A stretch of DNA of 64,000 nt, taken from NCBI GenBank assembly GCA_049512075.1, contig JBEKXL010000008.1:33836-97835 (forward strand). The letters run 5' to 3'. The position numbers and the translations under genes were made by a program. Shown piece by piece: positions 49,657-58,134 of the stretch. Numbering within the stretch: the first letter of the stretch is position 1; every line of letters begins with the position of its first letter. Source of the stretch: Candidatus Bathyarchaeia archaeon. GTDB taxonomy: Archaea; Thermoproteota; Bathyarchaeia; Bathyarchaeales; Bathycorpusculaceae. The notes under the pieces were generated by a model. That model was given only the letters and a program-made list of their open reading frames with translations. It searched no databases and was not told where the DNA came from.

Positions 49657-50922
49657 TTGAAACGGATTAAAATACTAACGCTGATTCTAGCTCTTGCAAT
49701 GCTCATCGCACCGATACTAGTCTTGCGTCCAGTGAGCCTAGTGCAGGCGCAGCCAACCCCTGGCGCACCAGTGTACTTCAGTGTTGAACCAGTCGCAAAT
49801 CCACCATTAACGGACCTCAACGCTAGCGCAAACGGCTTGCAAACGCCCACAACACCGCTGCCCGGCACCCCTCCAATAGGCCAGAATTTCACGGTTCAAA
49901 TACACCTAAGAAACGCAACGACTGTGAACGCTCCAAACGGCATTATAAGCGCTGAGGTTCACTTCTACTTCGGCAACATTCTGAACTACGCCATGCCCAT
50001 AGCATTCCAAGACCTGCTCGGTCAAGGTGCAGGAGACGCCCTCGTTGGGCCCGTAATCGAGACTATTACGGGAGGTCTCTATAATTCAACCGGCGGCTTA
50101 TGCGGCCCATCCCAGTACCCTGGCGAAGAACCCAGCTCTCCAGGATATAGTGGCCCCGTCGAATACGATGTTTCAGCCGCAACGATTACTGACGCAAACT
50201 GGACCGGCGCTGACGGCCTGGTGGCTACTATAACCTTCGAGATCACGGGTCAACCATCAACGCTCCTGGGCCAGTTGGACTTCAAGGCTCCTTTGTACAT
50301 AACTTATGCAGACTTATACACCACTCTGTATGAGCCTTGGGGACAATGGGTGAGTGTAGAGCAACCTTTCAGCATAGTCCAAGGAACATTGCAGATCGGT
50401 GTTGCGGCAGGGATACATGACGTAACCGTCGCTGACCCGCCAGCCAAAACTGTTGTCGGCCAAGGCAATGGTTTCAACGTAACCGTCACATTGACAAACT
50501 TGGGCAACTACACTGAAATCTTCTGCCGTGCCGCAGTATACCTCAAAACATTCTTCGGCGGCGGATCCCCAATAATCACCCTGGCGGCAGGAGGGTCCGC
50601 GAACGTCACCTTCACCGTAAGCAGTACCAATGTCCCCTACGGCAATCGGACTCTGAACGTGTATGCACCCAGCTTTGGTGAACCGAACCACAACAACAAC
50701 GGCACGTGCGGCAGCGTGATAATAACGATTTCAGGCGATTGCAACGGCGACTACCAAGTCAAGCTTCCAGACCTGTCCATACTCGCAAAGGCCTACGGCA
50801 CTACACCGGCCAGTCCAAAATGGGTCGCGAATGCGGACATAAACAACAACGGCAAAGTAGACCTGCCCGATCTTTCCGTACTGGCGAAAAACTACAACAA
50901 AGTAGTTACGCCATCGCCATAA
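49657..50922 (+). CDS. Secreted cohesin-like + CARDB + dockerin protein (paralogue of 10135-11298)
   Basis: PIGQNFTVQIHL, ADGLVATITF, HDVTV; GDCNGDYQVKLPDL...ADINNNGKVDLPDL. Confidence 0.86.
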   Translation: MKRIKILTLILALAMLIAPILVLRPVSLVQAQPTPGAPVYFSVEPVANPPLTDLNASANGLQTPTTPLPGTPPIGQNFTVQIHLRNATTVNAPNGIISAEVHFYFGNILNYAMPIAFQDLLGQGAGDALVGPVIETITGGLYNSTGGLCGPSQYPGEEPSSPGYSGPVEYDVSAATITDANWTGADGLVATITFEITGQPSTLLGQLDFKAPLYITYADLYTTLYEPWGQWVSVEQPFSIVQGTLQIGVAAGIHDVTVADPPAKTVVGQGNGFNVTVTLTNLGNYTEIFCRAAVYLKTFFGGGSPIITLAAGGSANVTFTVSSTNVPYGNRTLNVYAPSFGEPNHNNNGTCGSVIITISGDCNGDYQVKLPDLSILAKAYGTTPASPKWVANADINNNGKVDLPDLSVLAKNYNKVVTPSP

Positions 50923-51482
50923 ACCTCCTTTTTTTTTATTTTTACGAAACCACGATTTTTCGCTTACCAAAAGCACTACGACAGCAAAAAACGTGTCTTC
51001 AGCCTATTTCATAACATTAAGCACGCATCAAATAACGGATAAGCTTGCACCGAGTGAGAGGCTTTGCCCGACGGGAAATCTTTGGAGACTTTGCTCCTGC
51101 TTCAGGAAAACAAAAATCAGCCGCCCTAATTGTGGCGGAATGCTCCACCTTCTTTTCAGATTCACATCCAAACCTAATAATCGTTGATTATATCCTGCAC
51201 AGCTCGATTTAGCAAGACATGTTCCAAACGACCGCCAATTCATTGAACACACTTAGCGCGCGCTTAGGAGTTCTGAACTTATAAACTGACACTTTCATAT
51301 TAGAATCGCAATACATCGTAGTTTATGTGAGGCCTGTATACTAGAAGGCTCTAGCTAGAATGAAAGACGATTATGAACGGAAAGCAGGAACTTAGGAGAA
51401 TTGAATCTTTTCCTTTAAGACTTTTCGTAATTCCTCAGAAGTCAATTTTGTTAAATCTGGGTCTCCGTTTAGTTCAAAAGCG

Positions 51483-51644
51483 GCGCGCATGCCTGTTCCT
51501 AAATTCATTCGCGAGCTGGTTTTTGTTACAGGCTCGCTTGGTTCGAGGATGACCGTGTGACTATTGACGCGAGAAGTATCGTCTGTAGGACATGGACCAA
51601 GTCGTCACGCCCAAAAAAGGGAATTTAGGAACACGCTAGCGCGC
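51483..51644. repeat. 24-bp imperfect inverted repeats enclosing 114 bp (MITE-like)
   Basis: GCGCGCATGCCTGTTCCTAAATTC (51483-51506) versus GAATTTAGGAACACGCTAGCGCGC (51621-51644); 3 mismatches. Confidence 0.65.
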
Positions 51645-51830
51645 TTGTTGGGGGAGTCTTCGCTTACGCTGTGCCCTTGAATATTCGCAGAATACGTGGT
51701 TTCTGTGTGTTTTCCAAAAATGTGCGTGTTCTCGCTGCGTTTAAGAGCATGTTAATCGTGAAATGTTCCGCTGCAGATGAGTTGACAAAAAAAATTAGGG
51801 GGTTAAGGTTGTTGATTCTTCTAGCTCGTC

Positions 51831-53816
51831 TTATGGATAGATTATGCCAAAGGACGTCGTTGGGGACTGTGGCCCGTAGGGTGTTCCACCCAATCTTGGC
51901 CAGTTTGTCATTGCGTATCCTATGACAGTTGCTGTGCCGACTCTTGCCCATGTAGGAATGCCCTGGATCAAGTTCGGATACACGTATATGCCGCCTGTCG
52001 TCGTTGTGGTGTTGCCAGTGAATGGGCACGTGTTGCGAGTTGCGTTGATGTAGACCCAGAATGCGTTTTCGTTTAACGGGTAGCCCTGAACGTCGTATGA
52101 GTCAACTGACACGAGTACCCAGAATGGCTGTTCGTGGATGGTCTGTACGGTTGCTGTGAAGTTCATAAGATCCGTGTACTTGTGGTAGGGTGCGTTGATT
52201 GCTGCTACGCTTGTGACTTGTGCTTGCCAGCCGACTTGGTACGCCATTGTGTCGTTAAATTGTAGCTGGTCCACTTCTACGGTAGCGGTTATGTTCCACC
52301 ATCCGAAGATGGCCGGATCCCAGTGGCCTGGAGTCATGTCTGTCATTGGAATTCTGAAGCACACTGACGCTATTCCATTAGAGTCTGTGTAGTTCTGCAG
52401 TATCGTGACCTTCTGGCCGAGTGCGTTGTCAACTTCGAATATCACCAGCTTGTTGGTGACGCGGTCTCCAGCATAAGTGACTTTGGCGTAGAGACAGACT
52501 TCCGCCTGTGGTGCGAATGAGTCACTGTGTTGGTTTGCCCCTTGTCCACCATATGGATCTGGGTATTGGTCGTACAGGTCGATGGCTGCACCTAGCGGAA
52601 TGTATGGGACAGTGTATGTTCCGTTTGTCAATTCAGATGGCGAGTATGAAGTGATGTCGACGGCCGTGATGAAGCTGTTCCATGGTGGGTACCACCTCTC
52701 TGGGTGAGCCCATGATGCCAGATCGTATGGACCTATTGTAAGAGCACTGGGGGGCAGTGGTGCAGAAGAGACGTTCATAATTACCATGAACGTCATGGTG
52801 AACAGTGAGTCTATGCCGAAACCTTCCAATCCAGGTCCGTCTACGGTCCTAGTCCATATTCCTTCGACTGATCCGGGCGTATTGTTGTAGAACCAACCGA
52901 ATGGAGACCCGCCGTTCTGCGCCAAGAAGCCTCCCACAACACAGTTTTCCAGTTGAATCTGGGTGGCGTCGTAGGTGAAGTTTATGTCGAAGCCTGCTAC
53001 GTCCCAGTATGCAACGGTGTTGATCATTACGCTGACAGTAAAGTTGTCACCATTCTTCGAGCCTGATGGTGGTGATGTTGCTGGACTTACGAATAAGCTC
53101 GGTTCTGCTGGTTCTGGCGGTGGTGTCAATGGCTGTGCATCAAGCTGTAGTGTTCCCTGGATTATGTCGAAATTCATGCTGCCTGATGTTACATAGTCTG
53201 TCAAGTCGCAACTGGTTGTGTTCAAGTACAATGGAAGAAGCACGTTGGGGGCTGGTTGCAGCGGTATGTTGTTCAGGATTTTGAACGTTATTATCGCTAC
53301 CAAGCCGTCTTGACCGTTCCATCCACTGCCAGAAGCAGCGACAACATCGTATGAAGCAGCGTCAGGGTAAACGCCCCCGCTGAGTGTTGCTGCTGTGCCA
53401 TTGGTGGTGTATAGTCCTCCGTGAGTGACGTATGTGAGCGAACCTTGCGGTGCTGGAAGAACTCCGCCTGGCATGCCCAGTTCATCTACGAATGCGGTAG
53501 GAATGGCGTAGTTCAGGAAACCCGAGATGTTGAAATCGAAGTGAACTTCAACACCTCCGATACCATTCGGAAAGTCTAGCGCTGTGGCGTTCACGAGGTG
53601 TATTTCAACGTTGAACGTGCCACCGACAGCCGATGGTGTTCCTGGTGCTTCCAAACCATATATGCTTGCGTTAACGTCCGTCAACGATGGAATAGCTACG
53701 GGTTGTACGGTGTATACGGGTTGGGCTTGTGCTGTATATGATGCCCTTGTGACAAGTATTGGTGCTGTTAGCATTGCAAGAGCTAGAATCAGAGTTATTG
53801 CTTTAATCGGTTTCAT
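51831..53816 (-). CDS. Secreted scaffoldin-like protein: two cohesin-like domains plus 'SDxFAPQ' module
   Basis: GGTFNVEIHL...LVAIITF; Pro-rich linker; GDNFTVSVMI...GFDINFTYDATQI...LFTMTF; SDSFAPQ. Confidence 0.82.
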   Translation of the reverse strand: MKPIKAITLILALAMLTAPILVTRASYTAQAQPVYTVQPVAIPSLTDVNASIYGLEAPGTPSAVGGTFNVEIHLVNATALDFPNGIGGVEVHFDFNISGFLNYAIPTAFVDELGMPGGVLPAPQGSLTYVTHGGLYTTNGTAATLSGGVYPDAASYDVVAASGSGWNGQDGLVAIITFKILNNIPLQPAPNVLLPLYLNTTSCDLTDYVTSGSMNFDIIQGTLQLDAQPLTPPPEPAEPSLFVSPATSPPSGSKNGDNFTVSVMINTVAYWDVAGFDINFTYDATQIQLENCVVGGFLAQNGGSPFGWFYNNTPGSVEGIWTRTVDGPGLEGFGIDSLFTMTFMVIMNVSSAPLPPSALTIGPYDLASWAHPERWYPPWNSFITAVDITSYSPSELTNGTYTVPYIPLGAAIDLYDQYPDPYGGQGANQHSDSFAPQAEVCLYAKVTYAGDRVTNKLVIFEVDNALGQKVTILQNYTDSNGIASVCFRIPMTDMTPGHWDPAIFGWWNITATVEVDQLQFNDTMAYQVGWQAQVTSVAAINAPYHKYTDLMNFTATVQTIHEQPFWVLVSVDSYDVQGYPLNENAFWVYINATRNTCPFTGNTTTTTGGIYVYPNLIQGIPTWARVGTATVIGYAMTNWPRLGGTPYGPQSPTTSFGIIYP

Positions 53817-53868
53817 CTCTCCTTCTCCCTTCTTTATTTTCAGCGTTTAATAGTATGCCTTGCTTCTG

Positions 53869-53896
53869 ATTTAAAGGTTTCTGGAATTATCTTCTA
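53869..53896 (-). promoter_or_regulatory. Operator plus BRE/TATA
   Basis: Minus strand reads TAGAAGA-T-AATTCCA-GAAACC-TTTAAAT. Confidence 0.7.
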
Positions 53897-54283
53897 TTTC
53901 TCTGAGCACCGTTTCCATGCTCACAATGTTCTTTGATATGAAAACCTCGAATAAAAACTTAGCCGACCTTTGTGGATACGTGTTTTCCATCATGATTAGA
54001 AGTGTTCTCATTCCTACAAGTTGGCGCTGGGCGCGCGCGGGAAAACTCCGTTTGAACAGGATTTGCTGGAGCAGACGCTCCTATCTTCTTTTAAAACTGC
54101 CAAGATGGCCGACAGAACGAGTGTCGTGCAGGATTCCAAATGAGCACTGAGTCCCTGCTCAGAGTATTCAAGTGAACAGTCTTGGACCTCTCTCATTCCT
54201 TGGGAACAAAGGAAGCACCTTTGGAAGTGGCAGGAGATGAAACCAAAAACACAGAAGCCAAATGCAGATTTCAAACTGACTCA

Positions 54284-54311
54284 TAGAATAATGTTCCAGA
54301 AGCCTTTAATT
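54284..54311 (+). promoter_or_regulatory. Operator plus BRE/TATA
   Basis: TAGAATA-A-TGTTCCA-GAAGCC-TTTAATT. Confidence 0.7.
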
Positions 54312-54334
54312 CGCCTTTAACGACAATTGCTATA

Positions 54335-55819
54335 GTGAAGCAGCAGATGTATAAATATAATAAGATTTTCGTGAGTGTTCCTTTGCTGCTACTGGTAGTA
54401 GGCATCATTGGGAACTCGTTTACCAGTACTGCAGTTGCCTCAACCACGCCCTCCCTGTATGTAAATCCTAGCAGCTACGTGGCTGCATCCTTAGGAGAGA
54501 CTGTGCCCATCGAAGTTGACGTATACTTGTATAACATCAACCTGACCGGATACCAGTTTCAGCTGAGTTTCAATGCAACCTTGCTACAATGCCTGAACGC
54601 ATCCGTGGGTAGGTTGTTCCAGGCTCTACCCAACGTAATATCCACGGTCACCAAGGACAACGTCAACGGAATCATATCAATCTCAGCGAACATTCAAACT
54701 GGCGGAAACCCCGTGAGCGGTTTTGGGCCGTTGCTTTCCGTGTTTTTCATCGCCACCTATTCGACGTCGTACCCACAGCAAGCCGCCTGCCCACTCCAAA
54801 TCAGTAATGACACACTCTACGGAACAGGAACCCCTCCTCAAATCCTCGTACACAACGTGGCGAACGGTTCGTACCAAGCTCCGATTGTCCCACCACAGCT
54901 TAGTCTAACAATGAGCACGAGCAGCGCATACAATGGCAAGTATTACTTCGAAAACAGAATCACCGTAAACGGCAGCCTCACCGGAAACGGTTACCCCATA
55001 CTGAATGGGCTTGTAGCCTTAGAAATCAGAGACCCCAGAAATTACCTCGTAGTAGCCAGAACCCTTCCGACTTCTAGCCTCCCGGTGAATTGTCCACTGC
55101 AAATAACAGCATTGACCCCCTGCGACTCAGGCGGGTCCCCGCAAAGCTCGTTCCAAGTAGGAAGCAGCGAACTATATTTCGACCTCATGATAAGAAACCC
55201 TAGCTCAAGCAGCATGATCGCACGCGTTACAGAAAACCCGTACGATTCAAGCAACGACTCCTTAGGAGTGCTCTCCCAGCAGGTTCTTATCCCCGCTGCT
55301 AGCACGTATGAGGTGTTAAGCCAGGGTATGCCGTTGCAGACGCCTCCCTATTACACTCCAGCAGCTTCAGCAAATGCAACTGTCTATGCAAGCGTATGGA
55401 CAGACTTGCTCGAAAATGGAGGAGTACCCATTTCCACCGAGAGCATGGCAAAGTTCACGATAACAGGCACAGCCCAAGGCACACCCGTATACACGAGTCT
55501 GCCGACTCAGGGAACTTACAAGGCCGACCCCATATTGCATTGGGCATATAGCAATACCGGCACCTACGCGATAAACGTGGCCACAACATTCATGGGAAAG
55601 AACGCGACTCAGAGCAAGCAAATATTGATAAAGTTATGCGCGGACATCAACGGGGACGGAAAAGTGGGTCTCTCCGACCTAACGCTGCTTGCAAAGGCTT
55701 ACGGTTCCACACCGGCCAGTCCAAACTGGAACGCCAACGCAGACATAAACGGCGACGGCAGAGTCAGCCTGTCGGATCTGAATTTACTAGCGAAAAACTA
55801 CGGGAAAGGCCTGGTATGA
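54335..55819 (+). CDS. Secreted cohesin + Ig-like + dockerin protein
   Basis: NLTGYQFQLSFNATLL...GFGPLLSVFF; ADINGDGKVGLSDL...ADINGDGRVSLSDL. Confidence 0.88.
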   Translation: MKQQMYKYNKIFVSVPLLLLVVGIIGNSFTSTAVASTTPSLYVNPSSYVAASLGETVPIEVDVYLYNINLTGYQFQLSFNATLLQCLNASVGRLFQALPNVISTVTKDNVNGIISISANIQTGGNPVSGFGPLLSVFFIATYSTSYPQQAACPLQISNDTLYGTGTPPQILVHNVANGSYQAPIVPPQLSLTMSTSSAYNGKYYFENRITVNGSLTGNGYPILNGLVALEIRDPRNYLVVARTLPTSSLPVNCPLQITALTPCDSGGSPQSSFQVGSSELYFDLMIRNPSSSSMIARVTENPYDSSNDSLGVLSQQVLIPAASTYEVLSQGMPLQTPPYYTPAASANATVYASVWTDLLENGGVPISTESMAKFTITGTAQGTPVYTSLPTQGTYKADPILHWAYSNTGTYAINVATTFMGKNATQSKQILIKLCADINGDGKVGLSDLTLLAKAYGSTPASPNWNANADINGDGRVSLSDLNLLAKNYGKGLV

Positions 55820-56019
55820 TAATAGCGCAATCCTGCCACGACCAGCGGAACCAGAGAGCCTCCGAAAGATTTTCGAACGTCACAACAAAATGAAATTCGA
55901 AATTACACACTTATCGCGGCTCAAGGTCCTGCACACCGCGTTCAATCATCGTGTTTGTCAAAGAGCGTGTTTTATAAAAGTCAATGAAGACTATATCAAG
56001 GCGAAAGAGGGCTTGAAAC

Positions 56020-56871
56020 TTGCTTCGTAAACCTATGCTCGCGGTGCTGATACTCAGCATATCGTTACTGGCTTCAAAAGGATACATCAACTCCGTTAAA
56101 GCGTCCGCCAGCCTAACTATTTTGCCAACAGATTCAGGATACCTGAATAACAGTTATTTCTATTATGTCGTGGGTGAAGTGCAAAACACGGGGGACACCG
56201 CGGTAACGGATGTCTACATCAACGCAACATTCTACGACTCGACGGGTGTCAAGCTTGCCGAAATCTCCCAGCCCACGAAACTGTATACAATTCTGCCTGG
56301 AAGAATATCACCTTTTGACATCACTCTCTTGAGTGTCACGGTGTCTTCGAGGGTGGCCAATTACACGCTTCACGTAGCAAAATATAGCACTACTCAAAAC
56401 GGACAGGTCGGCCTCAGGGTAGCGTCCAACAGCTCATCTCTCGACTCAAGCGGATTCCACATAGAAGGCACGATAAAAAATGTGGGAACGCAGAACACCA
56501 CCTACGTTGAAGTAATCGCAACACTCTACAACGCAACCGGACACGCCATCGCCACAGTTGTCGACTATTCAGATCCAGGCTCACTCGACATCAACCAGAC
56601 TGCACAATTCAACACACTACTAAACAGCTCAGTAGCAAACAAAGTGGACCACTACGCCCTAGAAGCCGAATCCTACGACTCCCAATTCATTCAGGATTAC
56701 GAGTCAATCCCTGAATTCCAACCATTACCATTCATATTCACGCTCCTGATACTGACCACTACCATCATCCTGACACTGAAGCATCCAAGAAAAACAATGC
56801 GAAACGCCCGGCAGCAATCAGCAAAAAAACAAGCAGCTCAAAAAAAGCTTCCGTCAGAAGACCTACAATGA
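56020..56871 (+). CDS. Tandem FxLYD-like domain protein with PEF-CTERM anchor
   Basis: GEVQNTG...ATFYD and GTIKNVG...ATLYN repeats; IPEFQ + TM + basic tail. Confidence 0.82.
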   Translation: MLRKPMLAVLILSISLLASKGYINSVKASASLTILPTDSGYLNNSYFYYVVGEVQNTGDTAVTDVYINATFYDSTGVKLAEISQPTKLYTILPGRISPFDITLLSVTVSSRVANYTLHVAKYSTTQNGQVGLRVASNSSSLDSSGFHIEGTIKNVGTQNTTYVEVIATLYNATGHAIATVVDYSDPGSLDINQTAQFNTLLNSSVANKVDHYALEAESYDSQFIQDYESIPEFQPLPFIFTLLILTTTIILTLKHPRKTMRNARQQSAKKQAAQKKLPSEDLQ

Positions 56872-57016
56872 GATAACACTAGGACAGAGAAGAATCTTCC
56901 GTGCAACATCGCGGAAGAAGCAGAGAAGCAGGAACTGACTAAGCGCATTCTGACAGTAACACTATGTGTTGGCTTATATTTCCAAAAAAAAGTTGAGGTG
57001 ATGTTGGACAGCAAAG

Positions 57017-57349
57017 CTATGTGCGGTTGGTGTAGAAAGCGTATGCAAATGAAACTAGATCGCCAAGGTCTATCCTGCTGTTATTGTTAAAGTCGGCGGC
57101 GCTGGCGTTGAGCCAATCATTGTGTATCGGTTGGGTCCAACTGGGACTGGCCGAAGTCATGTGATATACCAAGACGAACCCCGCAAAATCTGACAACGTT
57201 ACGTTTCCATCTTGGTTCAAGTCCGCTCCCGCAAGCCCAGGCGGCAAAGGACTTGCTCGCACACCGCTCATCAGGAACGTTGAAGCAGTCATTGACACCA
57301 TAATTAAGCTCAGAATCGCAATCAAAGCCAACCTTCCAAGTTTCTTCAT
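57017..57349 (-). CDS. Small secreted stand-alone dockerin protein (110 aa)
   Basis: ATG 57349 after GGAGAGAAAG-like purine tract; signal peptide; ADLNQDGNVTLSDF...ADFNNNSRIDLGDL. Confidence 0.82.
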   Translation of the reverse strand: MKKLGRLALIAILSLIMVSMTASTFLMSGVRASPLPPGLAGADLNQDGNVTLSDFAGFVLVYHMTSASPSWTQPIHNDWLNASAADFNNNSRIDLGDLVSFAYAFYTNRT

Positions 57350-57399
57350 GTAACTTTCTCCTCCTTTCACTCTCTGCCAAAACTGACGTGAAACTGGCC

Positions 57400-57426
57400 A
57401 TATATACTTTGTGTAACATTGTTCCA
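57400..57426 (-). promoter_or_regulatory. Operator plus TATA
   Basis: Minus strand reads TGGAACA-A-TGTTACA-CAAAG-TATATAT. Confidence 0.7.
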
Positions 57427-57468
57427 GCCGACCTCGAAAGAGCGATGTGCACATTCTAATGCGCGGTA

Positions 57469-57693
57469 CTAGTCGAGCGAGCTCGCAAGCTTTCCTCTCT
57501 TTTTCTTGTCCATCAACCAATCTTCGTAGCCTGCCACGATTCCCCATGAGAAGATAATCGTCCAGACAAAAAAGGCCCCCAAAACTCCGGGCATCTCAAG
57601 AATCAGCCAAATAACCAACCACGGCACAACGCCTGCCACGATGCAAGCACCTATGATTATCCAAACCCATTTCTCGCGGATAATGAAGGACAT
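57469..57693 (-). CDS. Small two-TM membrane protein
   Basis: MSFIIREKWVWIIIG...; two hydrophobic helices and a basic tail. Confidence 0.7.
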   Translation of the reverse strand: MSFIIREKWVWIIIGACIVAGVVPWLVIWLILEMPGVLGAFFVWTIIFSWGIVAGYEDWLMDKKKRGKLASSLD

Positions 57694-57854
57694 ACCTTCA
57701 CCATAACCATAAAGGTTCAAACGAATTCTTAATCCTTTTGCATTACCGCTTGAGTGCAGCTTACAAGGAAAGCCCATTCGGTTATTGAACGATATTTCAG
57801 CGTTGCCTCGCCCTGAATGACACTCTTGAGGAGTTCTTGAATTGCAAACGAAAA

Positions 57855-57887
57855 TGAGAATATTGTTTCAAGAACACAATATTCTCA
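57855..57887. repeat. Perfect 12-bp inverted repeat overlapping an operator-like site
   Basis: TGAGAATATTGT-N9-ACAATATTCTCA between divergent genes. Confidence 0.65.
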
Positions 57888-58134
57888 CTCCAGAAATATA
57901 GAGGTTAGTTACATACCTGGTTAAATAACGGTCTAATCTTTTTTTAGTTCAGGCAAGGAGAAGGAGGGAAGAACGAACAAGATTTCTTCAGACAGGCCAA
58001 AGTGCGCGCTGTTGTCATAGGACCATGTCGGGCGCACGCCAAGAGAAAGCTATGGAATTGCAGAAGCTAAAAACTGCAACGTTGTCCCCATGACAGCGCA
58101 CCCACGCCATACTCCTCAGGTGAGAGGTGAACAC

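Noticed and set aside
10135-57349. True cellulose-degrading cellulosome
   Set aside because: No glycoside hydrolase or clear CBM among the dockerin-bearing proteins in this window.
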